A DNA stretch of 53,420 nt from Acidobacteriota bacterium (GTDB lineage Bacteria > Acidobacteriota > Vicinamibacteria > Vicinamibacterales > CAVVIG01). The notes beneath the pieces are model-generated. The model was given only the letters and a program-made list of their open reading frames with translations. It ran no database searches and had not been told where the DNA came from. Positions 1 to 9,517 of the stretch are shown piece after piece (the first letter of the stretch is position 1; each line of letters begins with the position of its first letter). The stretch lies in contig JAHFUL010000001.1 in the NCBI GenBank assembly GCA_023265155.1, forward strand, positions 52,516 through 105,935, given 5' to 3'. The translations under genes were made by a program, and so were the position numbers.

Positions 1-198
1 AGCTCGGGCCTACGTGTGTGCGGACCACCTCGTTCGCGCCCGAGCTCAAGCTCGGGCCTACGTGTGTGCGGACCACCTCGTTCGCGCCCGAGCTCAAGCT
101 CGGGCCTACGTGTGTGCGGACCAACTTCTTGCGCCCGAGCTCAAGCTCGGGCCTACGCCTGTGCGAACCAACTCGTAGGCCCGACCTTCAGGTCGGGC
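1..198. repeat. REP/BIME-like array cut by the window edge. Four tandem copies (period 47-48 bp) of hairpin GCCCGAGC-TCAA-GCTCGGGC with a CTAC tail, then one oppositely oriented REP GTAG-GCCCGACC-TTCA-GGTCGGGC (175-198), 1 nt from the lepA stop
   Basis: Hairpin starts read at 38, 86 and 133, plus a truncated copy at position 1. The linkers are near-identical. ORFs 16..225 and 18..341 are just repeat translations. Confidence 0.85.
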
Positions 199-199
199 G

Positions 200-2008
<1,809 letters not shown>

Positions 2009-2010
2009 TG

Positions 2011-2427
2011 CTACCTGATCACGTCAATCTTGATGGAGAGGCGCAGCGATCGCCAGGCGCGGTCGGTCGTGAGCACCGGCAAACGATGAAGCCGACCGAG
2101 CGCGAGACACGCCCGGTCGGCCAGAGACAGGCCGAGCGAGCGCGTCAGCGCTCGCAGGCGCGCCACCTCATGGCCATGCGCTTCACCGAACGGCACGATA
2201 TCGAGCGTCCCAAGGGCGTTGATCTGCGCCCGCAGCTTGGGCACGGCGTCCTGGACTGGCTCTCCGAGGTCAGCCATTCGGGATAGCGTTTCCGCCCAGT
2301 TCACCATACTCATGATCGCGCCACGCCGCAGCGCCGGCTCCACACGCTGGGCGCCGGGTTCCTCGTAGACCAGGGCCAGCAGCGCTGACGTATCGAGCAC
2401 CGCGCCAGAGACATTGCCGGCCGTCAT
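2011..2427 (-). CDS. vapC: PIN-domain ribonuclease toxin (VapC family)
   Basis: 138 aa with conserved acidic positions in [17 protein letters not shown] and LTTDR. It overlaps the upstream antitoxin ORF by 4 nt and its stop lies 2 nt from the lepA start. Confidence 0.85.
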   Translation of the reverse strand: MTAGNVSGAVLDTSALLALVYEEPGAQRVEPALRRGAIMSMVNWAETLSRMADLGEPVQDAVPKLRAQINALGTLDIVPFGEAHGHEVARLRALTRSLGLSLADRACLALGRLHRLPVLTTDRAWRSLRLSIKIDVIR

Positions 2428-2753
2428 CTCTTCAGCTTTCTCCGATATGCGACCCAGTCGCGGAATTCGCGATCTTCCTTGCGGGCCTCGCGACGACGCT
2501 CCGCAATCAACTCGTCGCTGGCAAGCCGTCCAGGCTTCGCGAGGTGTTTGAACATGCCCCGGAGCCTGCGCATCGCGACGGCGCGCGTCTGAAGGGTGAC
2601 GGCGCCGTCCTCTTCGACCGTGAGCGACACCTTGTCGCCGTCGTGGATCTTCAAGCGCTCGCGCACCTCGGCCGGCAACACGAGCCGCCCGCGGTCGGTC
2701 ACCGTCACGTGGTACACACCGGGCGCCTGAAGCACATCGGCGTCGGCCGGCAT
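2424..2753 (-). CDS. vapB: AbrB/SpoVT-type antitoxin (VapB family)
   Basis: 109 aa from the ATG at 2753, with an alternative in-frame ATG at 2825. Looped-hinge motif VTVTDRGRLVLPAEVRERLKI. The rest of ORF 2424..3194 upstream looks non-coding. Confidence 0.75.
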   Translation of the reverse strand: MPADADVLQAPGVYHVTVTDRGRLVLPAEVRERLKIHDGDKVSLTVEEDGAVTLQTRAVAMRRLRGMFKHLAKPGRLASDELIAERRREARKEDREFRDWVAYRRKLKR

Positions 2754-2863
2754 GACGTACTCGACCGCCGCCTCGCGTGTTCGGCTGTGGCGAGGTCGTT
2801 TGTTTTCATAGCTATCGCGCGCCATACCCCGAAGCGTAGCATCGTCCAGGGCGAGTGGGCAAA

Positions 2864-2881
2864 TGTGATGGAATTCCCACA
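2864..2881. promoter_or_regulatory. Imperfect 18-bp palindrome TGTGATGGAATTCCCACA (core GGAATTCC) upstream of vapB; candidate TA autoregulation operator
   Basis: Read directly from the sequence. It sits in a locally lower-GC stretch, 39 nt (from ATG 2825) or 111 nt (from ATG 2753) upstream of the vapB start candidates. Confidence 0.35.
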
Positions 2882-2883
2882 AG

Positions 2884-3255
2884 CTAACCTGCACTCCCAC
2901 AACCTCTCCTGTCGCAGGAATTTCTCGGCCAGATTGGCGTGCAGCACGATCCCGAGCCGCGGAAGGCCGCGAGCGTCGCCTCGACCATCGCCAGCCCTCG
3001 TGAACGGTCCCGTCCGCCCGCGGCCTCCACCAGCATCCGTCCATGCCAGATGAACCGATGGTCGACCGCGGCCGCCGCCAGCGCTTGCTGCCGACGCCGC
3101 TCGCGGGCGACCGTGTCGTGTTCGCTGTCGGGAGGGAGCAGCTTGATGGCGACGCGCCGCTCGAGGCGCGTGTCGTCGGCAAGAAACACTTCACCCATCC
3201 CGCCGGCGCCGAGAGGCGACACGATTCTGTAACGGTCCAGCATCTCCATGGACAT
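2884..3255 (-). pseudogene. Truncated Hanks-type Ser/Thr protein kinase remnant (N-lobe only)
   Basis: The ORF begins LDRYRIVSPLGAGGMGEVFLADDTRLERRVAIKLL (Gly-rich loop plus VAIK lysine). I found no HRDLKPxN or DFG motif in any frame before vapB. Similarity decays after roughly 90 aa. Confidence 0.55.
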
Positions 3256-3273
3256 CGACTGGCGTTGGCGGAC

Positions 3274-4458
3274 TCAGCGCCGGTCGAGCGGTGTGTATCG
3301 CTGCGGGTATTCCGGACCGATGTATTCCGCGCGCGGGCGAATCAGACGGTTGTTCGCGTACTGCTCGAGCACGTGCGCCGTCCAGCCCGAGATCCGGCTC
3401 ACGGCGAAAATGGGCGTGAACAGGTCGATGGGGATGCCGAGCGCGTGGTAGCTGGTCGCCGAGTAGAAATCCACGTTCGGGTTGAGATTCTTCTCGGCTT
3501 TCACGAGCGCCTCGATGCGCTGCGAGATCTCGAACCACGCCGGCTGCCCCGCCCGCTGCCCCAGCTCGCGCGACATCTGGCGCAGATGCGTGGCGCGGGG
3601 ATCCTCGGTGTGGTACACGCGGTGGCCGAAGCCGGGAATCTTTTCCTTCCGCGCCAGCTTCGCGCGGATGATCACGTCGACCTTGTCCGGAGCGGCATCC
3701 GGGCCAATTTCAAGCAGCAGCCGCATGACGTCGGCGTTCGCGCCTCCGTGGAGCGGCCCTTTCAGCGCGCCGATCGCCCCGACCGTGGCGGAGTGAAGAT
3801 CGGTGAGCGTGGCCGCAGCGACGCGTGCCGCGAACGTAGACGCGTTGAGCTCGTGGTCGGCGTGCAGGATGAGCGCGACGTCGAAGGCCCGTGTCGCCAG
3901 GGTATTGGGCCGCTCCCCTGTCAACATGTACAGAAAGTTCGCGGCGTGGCCGAGTACCGGATCCGGCTGAATCAGACCACCGCCGGCATTCAGTCGTCCC
4001 ATGGTCGCGACCAGCGTGCCGAGCTGGGCCGTCAGCCGCACCGCTTTCCGCGCGTTCGCCTGGGGCGAGTGCTCGCCCGCATCCGGGTCGTAGTGGGAGA
4101 GCGCCGAGGTGAGCGTCCGCAGCGCGTCGATGCTGTCGCCCCCCGACGCGGCTCGGGGCGACCCTGAGGCATTCGAAGGGTTGGCGGCGGGAAGCATCCG
4201 AATCAGCCGAACCACCGGTTCGGGCAGGCCGCGGCAGGCGGCCAGCTGCGACTGCAGATCGCCGAGCTCCGCACGGGTGGGCAGGCGCCGGTGCCAGAGC
4301 AGGTAGCAGATTTCTTCGAACGTCGCGTGATCGGCGAGCTCGTGAATGTCGTAGCCGCAATACGCGAGAATGCCGCGATCGCCATCCAGATAACAGATGG
4401 CCGACGACGCGGCGACGGTGTCTTCGAGTCCCGCCTTGGGCTTCGCGGCCGTGGTCAT
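3274..4458 (-). CDS. gltA: Citrate synthase, short form (a 2-methylcitrate synthase cannot be excluded)
   Basis: 394 aa with motifs LHADHELNAST, GPLHGGAN and PGFGHRVY. Confidence 0.9.
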   Translation of the reverse strand: MTTAAKPKAGLEDTVAASSAICYLDGDRGILAYCGYDIHELADHATFEEICYLLWHRRLPTRAELGDLQSQLAACRGLPEPVVRLIRMLPAANPSNASGSPRAASGGDSIDALRTLTSALSHYDPDAGEHSPQANARKAVRLTAQLGTLVATMGRLNAGGGLIQPDPVLGHAANFLYMLTGERPNTLATRAFDVALILHADHELNASTFAARVAAATLTDLHSATVGAIGALKGPLHGGANADVMRLLLEIGPDAAPDKVDVIIRAKLARKEKIPGFGHRVYHTEDPRATHLRQMSRELGQRAGQPAWFEISQRIEALVKAEKNLNPNVDFYSATSYHALGIPIDLFTPIFAVSRISGWTAHVLEQYANNRLIRPRAEYIGPEYPQRYTPLDRR

Positions 4459-4501
4459 GACGGAATCAATGGTAGCGCGTAGGCGGCGAGAATCGGCTGA
4501 C

Positions 4502-4525
4502 GCCCGACCTGAAGGTCGGGCCTAC
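4502..4525 (-). repeat. Single REP: GTAG + GCCCGACC-TTCA-GGTCGGGC on the minus strand
   Basis: 8-bp perfect stem with a 4-nt loop. The TAG of the GTAG tail (4522-4524) is the stop codon of the glycosyltransferase. Confidence 0.85.
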
Positions 4526-6021
4526 TTCCCTCCCGCCACCTGGGTGTTCAGCACGACCGCATCGTCGCCGGCGTATTGCTGAACGACAGAGAGCAGGCCC
4601 GTGTAAAGGAACCCGACCTGAAACAGCAACAGGAACGGCAGCGTGCCGTAGATCCCGTTGGCCAGCGCGTAGAAGACCGTCCAGGTGAAGTACAGACCGA
4701 GCACGAGCTCGATGAGCGGCTGCACGGCCACCGACTGCCGGTACTTCTTGCCGACCCACTCGTCGGCGTCGGCTTCGATGTGGTACTTCGGGGTCCGCGC
4801 GAACTCGGTTTCCTTCTTGACGAGCGCCTCGACGACCGCGCGCGTGTTGTTGATCGACAACCCGATCCCGACCGACATCAGAAACGGCACGTACTTGAGC
4901 CGCGCGCGCCAATCCGAATGGATTTCGCGCTGGCACACCGCGTAGAAGTTGCAGAAGGAAAACGTCGCGGCGAAGAACAGCGGGACGTCGATGAGCAGCA
5001 TCTCGTACCAGCCCATGTTGTACCGAATGACCATGGACGGGAAGATGAGCACCGACAGCACGCACATCAGGATGTAGTTGAAGTTCGCCGTCAGGTGGAA
5101 GAAGGCCTCCACCTTCACGCCGAGCGGGATATCGGCGCGAAGAATCCGCGGGAGCAGCTTGAGGCACGTCTGCACGGACCCCTTGGCCCAGCGGTGCTGC
5201 TGCGACTTGAACGCGTTCATCTCCACGGGCACTTCGGCGGGGGCGATCACGTCGGAGACGAACACGAATCGCCAGCCCCGGAGCTGCGCGCGATAGCTCA
5301 GATCGAGGTCTTCGGTGAGCGTGTCGTGCTGCCATCCGCCGGCGTCGGCAATGGCCGTCCGGCGCCACACGCCCGCGGTGCCGTTGAAATTGAAGAAGCG
5401 TCCTCCGCGACTGCGGCCGCCGTGCTCGAGCACGAAGTGGCCGTCGAGCAGAATCGACTGAATCTTCGTCAGCAGCGAGTAGTCTTGATTGATATGGCCC
5501 CAGCGCGCCTGGACCATCCCGACCCCCGGGTCCGCGAAGTGCGGCATCAGGCTCGTCAGAAAGTCCGACGTCGGGATGAAGTCGGCGTCGAAAATCGCGA
5601 TGAACTCGCCGCGCGCAACCTCCAGGCCGGCCTCGAGCGCGCCCGCCTTGTAGCCCTTGCGATCGGTCCGATGGATGTACTTGATGTCGATGCCCTGCAA
5701 GGCGAACCGGCGGGCCGCCAGTTCGGCAATCTCCCGCGTCTCGTCGGTCGAATCGTCGAGCACCTGGATTTCGAGGAGCTCTCGCGGGAAGTCCACCCGA
5801 CAGACCGCTTCGATCAGACGGTCCGCGACATACATCTCGTTATAGAGCGGCAGCTGAATCGTGACGACGGGTGTTGGCGCGAGGGGCGGCCCTTGCTTCG
5901 GCTCTTTGTCACGATTGCTCATGTACAGGTACACGAGGTAATAGCGGTGCCAGCCGTAGACAGCGAGGATAATCAGAACGAAGAAGTAGGAAACGAGCGT
6001 AAGGGTTTCAGTAAGCGTCAT
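4522..6021 (-). CDS. Membrane-bound processive family-2 glycosyltransferase (cellulose-synthase-like / CslA-like)
   Basis: 499 aa with an N-terminal TM segment, VLDDSTDET, FDADF, TEDLDLS, QQHRWAKG (the D,D,D,QxxRW signature) and several C-terminal TM segments. Confidence 0.85.
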   Translation of the reverse strand: MTLTETLTLVSYFFVLIILAVYGWHRYYLVYLYMSNRDKEPKQGPPLAPTPVVTIQLPLYNEMYVADRLIEAVCRVDFPRELLEIQVLDDSTDETREIAELAARRFALQGIDIKYIHRTDRKGYKAGALEAGLEVARGEFIAIFDADFIPTSDFLTSLMPHFADPGVGMVQARWGHINQDYSLLTKIQSILLDGHFVLEHGGRSRGGRFFNFNGTAGVWRRTAIADAGGWQHDTLTEDLDLSYRAQLRGWRFVFVSDVIAPAEVPVEMNAFKSQQHRWAKGSVQTCLKLLPRILRADIPLGVKVEAFFHLTANFNYILMCVLSVLIFPSMVIRYNMGWYEMLLIDVPLFFAATFSFCNFYAVCQREIHSDWRARLKYVPFLMSVGIGLSINNTRAVVEALVKKETEFARTPKYHIEADADEWVGKKYRQSVAVQPLIELVLGLYFTWTVFYALANGIYGTLPFLLLFQVGFLYTGLLSVVQQYAGDDAVVLNTQVAGGK

Positions 6022-6033
6022 TTAGAAGAAACG

Positions 6034-6039
6034 ATTATA
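6034..6039 (-). promoter_or_regulatory. Candidate -10 hexamer TATAAT (minus strand) 12 nt upstream of the glycosyltransferase ATG
   Basis: The plus strand reads ATTATA at 6034-6039. GTGACA lies 15 nt further upstream on the minus strand. This implies a very short or absent leader. Confidence 0.3.
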
Positions 6040-6049
6040 TTACGGCCGA

Positions 6050-6820
6050 GTGCCTGTCACCATGAATCCTTCCGAGCTTCGGGCACTTCTCCAGCAAGTC
6101 GCGAGTGGCGCGATAGACACCTCCGATGCCGAGCTGCGTCTCGCCGAAGCCTTGCGCGCCCAACCCTTCACCGACCTGGGGTTCGCCCGCGTGGATCATC
6201 ACCGCGCATTTCGGCATGGATTCCCCGAAGTCGTGCTCGGGCTGGGCAAGACACCGGCCCAGATCAGCGCCATCGCCGCCGAGATAGTCGGGCGCGGATC
6301 GACGTTGCTCGTGACGCGCGCGACCCCGGAGGCATTCGACGCCGTGCGCCTGGTCGCCCCGCAGGCGTCCTACCACGCCGAGGCGCGCATCATCGCGCTC
6401 CGCCAGCGCGATGTGACCCCCGGCACGGGCCGCATTCTCATCGTGGCGGCCGGCACATCCGATCTGCCCGTCGCCGAGGAGGCTGCTCACACGGCCGAGC
6501 TGATGGGCAACGGCATCGACCGTCTCTACGATGTCGGAGTGGCCGGCCTCCATCGCCTGCTCGTCGAGCGTCCACGCCTCGAGACGGCGCGCGTGATTAT
6601 CGTGGTCGCCGGCATGGAGGGCGCGTTGCCGAGCGTCGTCTCGGGGCTGGTCGCGGTCCCGGTGATTGCGGTGCCGACGTCGATTGGATACGGCGCGAGC
6701 TTTGGAGGCCTTGCTGCGCTCCTCGGCATGCTGAACAGCTGCGCTTCTGGCGTCGCGGTCGTCAACATCGACAACGGATTCGGCGCCGCCAGCATCGCCA
6801 GCCTGATCAATCATTTGTAG
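6050..6820 (+). CDS. larB: Nickel-pincer cofactor biosynthesis protein LarB (PurE-like carboxylase/hydrolase)
   Basis: 256 aa. The N-terminal region is followed by an AIR-carboxylase-like fold ([30 protein letters not shown]). GTG start at 6050, with an alternative ATG at 6062. Confidence 0.8.
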   Translation: MPVTMNPSELRALLQQVASGAIDTSDAELRLAEALRAQPFTDLGFARVDHHRAFRHGFPEVVLGLGKTPAQISAIAAEIVGRGSTLLVTRATPEAFDAVRLVAPQASYHAEARIIALRQRDVTPGTGRILIVAAGTSDLPVAEEAAHTAELMGNGIDRLYDVGVAGLHRLLVERPRLETARVIIVVAGMEGALPSVVSGLVAVPVIAVPTSIGYGASFGGLAALLGMLNSCASGVAVVNIDNGFGAASIASLINHL

Positions 6821-6829
6821 GAACCGAAC

Positions 6830-6906
6830 CAGGGATTGGGGATTGGGGATTGGAAGAAGGACGTGGTTTTCTAGACTAATCCCTAATCCCTATCCCCTAA
6901 TCCCTG
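6830..6906. repeat. Imperfect hairpin whose arms are 7-bp tandem repeats: left arm (GGGGATT)n, right arm (TAATCCC)n, 23-nt loop
   Basis: CAGGGATT (6830-6837) pairs perfectly with AATCCCTG (6899-6906), and the inner heptamers pair with register shifts. The right arm carries four C3-4 tracts with 3-4 nt loops. Confidence 0.8.
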
Positions 6907-6934
6907 ATCAGCGTTAAGATCACTGACCCCCCGC

Positions 6935-9325
6935 ATGCAGCCAGGAGTTCTCCGGGCCCTCGAGTTCGATCGGATCGTCGAGGCGGTCCGCAGCTTTGCC
7001 CTCACGCCCATGGGCGACGAGCGTCTCTCCCGCCTCGCGCCCTCGATCGATGGGCAGCAGGTGGCGCAGTCGCTCGCGGCGACGACCGAGACGGCCGCGT
7101 ATGTGACCCAGCACGGGGTCTTTCCGCTGCGGGCGTCGACGGAGCTCCCGCAGGTTCTTGCGGCACTGACCGTTCAGGGGCGTGCCCTCGAGTCGACGCG
7201 GCTGCTTTCCCTTTCGTCTTTTCTCGAGTCCGTGGACGACACGCGCATGGCCATCCGTCATGTGGCGGCTTCGGTGCCCATCCTGGATCGCGCAAGCGCG
7301 GCCACGGCGTCTTTCAAGGGCGAGATCGCACAGGTCCGAGAGAAGATCGACGCCGCCGGTGACGTCGTGGACCACGCCAGCCCGAATCTGAAAGCCATCC
7401 GCGATCGGTTGAGAAAGCAGCGGACACGCCTGCGAGGCACACTCGAATCGTACCTGCGCGGCAAGGACACGGCGAAGTATCTGCAGGAGCAGATCGTCAC
7501 CGAGCGCAACGGCCGCTACGTGCTCGTGATCCGGACCGAACACCGAAGCAACATTCCGGGGATCGTCCACGGCGCGTCGACGAGCGGCGCGAGCCTGTTT
7601 CTCGAGCCGTTGAGCACGGTCGAAATCAACAACGACATCGTCGCGTTGGAGGAACAGGAGGCCGAGGAGGTGCGGCGGATCCTTTTGTCCCTGAGCGACG
7701 CGTTCCGATCGCGGGCCGCCGATCTGGGCCATACGATTGAGGTCGCCACGGAGCTCGACGTGCTGCAGGCGCGCGCGCGTTTCTCGCAGTCGATCGACGG
7801 CGTCGAGCCGGTGCTGACAACCGACGGGACGTTCGAGCTGCTGGCGGCGCGCCACCCGCTGCTCAAGGCGCCGGTCCCGGTGACCATCAGGATTCTCCCG
7901 CCGGCGACCATTCTGCTGGTCACCGGTCCGAATACGGGCGGGAAGACCGTCGCCATCAAGACCGCGGGGCTTCTGGCGCTCATGGCGCAGGCCGGCCTGC
8001 GCATTCCCGCCGCCGATGGTTCGCGACTGCCGGTGTTCCGATCGGTGTTCGCAGACATCGGCGACGAGCAATCGATTGACGCGAGCCTCAGTACCTTCTC
8101 GGGTCACATCGCGCATATTGCGTCCATGGACCGGGCCCTGTCCGTGCCTGCGCTGGTGCTGCTCGACGAAGTGGGTTCGGGCACCGATCCGGTGGAGGGG
8201 GGCGCCCTCGGCGTGGCAATCGTGGATCACTTCCGCCGCCGGGGGGCGACGGTCGTCGCGACCAGTCACTACGACGCGCTCAAGACGTACGCCTCGACGA
8301 CGGAGGGGGTCGCCACCGGGGCGTTTGGCTTCGACGCGGACACGTTCGCGCCCACCTATCACCTGACCTACGGCTCGCCAGGCAGAAGCCTGGCGATCGA
8401 AATCGCCGCGCGGCTCGGCCTCAACGCCTCGGTGATCGCCGCCGCACGCAGCAACCTCAGTGAGCGTGAGGCGCAGCTCGCCGAGCATCTGGCCAAGATC
8501 GATCGCGACCTCCGGTCGCTCGAGCACGAGCAGCGCCTCGTCGCGCGCGAGCGCGAGACGCTGGAGGCCGCCGAGGCGCGCATGCACACCCGTGAGGACG
8601 CCCTCAAGCAGCGTGAAGAGACCTTCCGCCGCCGGCTGAACGACGAGCTCGACACGCAGGTGCGCGAGGCGCGCCGTGAGATCGACCAGGTCATCGCCGG
8701 GTTGAAGGCCAGGACCCAGGCGATCGCACAGGAGCCGGCCAGGCAGACCCTGACCACCGGCGACACCGGCGGCGCGAGAAGCGACGCGCGGGCGGCAGTT
8801 GACGCGGTCGTGAAGCGTTTTCTCGACCCGGTCGACGAGGCGCCCGTCGCTGACGTGGCACCGGGGCACGCGCCCGCCGTCGGCGATCGGGTCGTCGTCT
8901 CGGGTCTGGGACTCCAGGCGGTCGTGACGGCGGTTCACGACGGTTCGGCGGATCTCGATGTGCGCGGCAAGCGGATGCGTGCCAGCGTCCGCGATCTGCG
9001 CGTCGTGAGCCAGGCGGGCGGCACGCCGCCAGCTCCGGCAACCGTGAACGTCCACGTCGAACTGCGGCCGCGGGACGCGACGACGGCGGACCTGAACGTC
9101 ATCGGCTGCAGCGTCGATGAAGCGATCGCGCGCGCCGAGCGGTTCCTCGACGAATCGCTCCTGACCGATCAGCATGTCGTCCGATTCATTCATGGGTACG
9201 GCACGGGGCAGTTGAGGCGGGCGCTGGCCGGCTTCCTGCAGCAACACCCGCTGGTGTTGAAGTTTGCGGCGGCGCCTCCAGACCAGGGTGGCGGGGGCGT
9301 TACTGTCGTCGAGTTGAAGGAGTGA
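6935..9325 (+). CDS. mutS2: Endonuclease MutS2 (MutS-family ATPase with C-terminal Smr domain)
   Basis: 796 aa with Walker A GPNTGGKTV, LLDEVGSGTDP, and a C-terminal Smr region (LNVIGCSVDEA...VRFIHGYGTGQLR). Confidence 0.93.
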   Translation: MQPGVLRALEFDRIVEAVRSFALTPMGDERLSRLAPSIDGQQVAQSLAATTETAAYVTQHGVFPLRASTELPQVLAALTVQGRALESTRLLSLSSFLESVDDTRMAIRHVAASVPILDRASAATASFKGEIAQVREKIDAAGDVVDHASPNLKAIRDRLRKQRTRLRGTLESYLRGKDTAKYLQEQIVTERNGRYVLVIRTEHRSNIPGIVHGASTSGASLFLEPLSTVEINNDIVALEEQEAEEVRRILLSLSDAFRSRAADLGHTIEVATELDVLQARARFSQSIDGVEPVLTTDGTFELLAARHPLLKAPVPVTIRILPPATILLVTGPNTGGKTVAIKTAGLLALMAQAGLRIPAADGSRLPVFRSVFADIGDEQSIDASLSTFSGHIAHIASMDRALSVPALVLLDEVGSGTDPVEGGALGVAIVDHFRRRGATVVATSHYDALKTYASTTEGVATGAFGFDADTFAPTYHLTYGSPGRSLAIEIAARLGLNASVIAAARSNLSEREAQLAEHLAKIDRDLRSLEHEQRLVARERETLEAAEARMHTREDALKQREETFRRRLNDELDTQVREARREIDQVIAGLKARTQAIAQEPARQTLTTGDTGGARSDARAAVDAVVKRFLDPVDEAPVADVAPGHAPAVGDRVVVSGLGLQAVVTAVHDGSADLDVRGKRMRASVRDLRVVSQAGGTPPAPATVNVHVELRPRDATTADLNVIGCSVDEAIARAERFLDESLLTDQHVVRFIHGYGTGQLRRALAGFLQQHPLVLKFAAAPPDQGGGGVTVVELKE

Positions 9326-9512
9326 TGGGATGAAGGGGTGATGGAAGGGGTCGAAGGGGTGATGGGGTGATGGGATGAAGGGGTGATGGGATGATGTGCT
9401 GACGGGGTGATGGTGTGATCCATCACTCCATCACTCCATCACCCCATCACTCCATCACTCCATCACTCCATCACTCCATCACCCCATCACCCCTTCACTC
9501 CATCATCACATT
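9320..9512. repeat. ~190-bp quasi-palindrome. The G-rich left arm is GGTGATGG/GAAGGGG-type repeats. The right arm is 11 tandem copies of the 8-bp unit CATCAC(T/C)C (9421-9508)
   Basis: It starts at the mutS2 stop codon and ends 6-9 nt before the dnaG ATG. The symmetry centre is near 9417-9421. An 8-bp period is incompatible with coding. Confidence 0.85.
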
Positions 9513-9517
9513 CTGCT

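Noticed and set aside
4576-6879. Long antisense ORFs: 4576..6879 (+), 6920..9247 (-), 11267..13051 (-), 16756..18450 (+), 19842..21308 (+), 20152..22068 (+), 22872..24449 (+), 28867..30780 (+), 40035..41744 (+)
   Set aside because: Each lies opposite or out of frame to a gene with clear family motifs. All show the Arg/Ala/Gly/Pro-rich composition typical of spurious ORFs in high-GC DNA.
6877-6906. Telomere-like (CCCTAAT)n repeat as a chromosome or replicon end
   Set aside because: There are only four copies. They sit internally between two intact genes and pair with a complementary arm 25 nt away, so this is a hairpin or G4 element, not a terminus.
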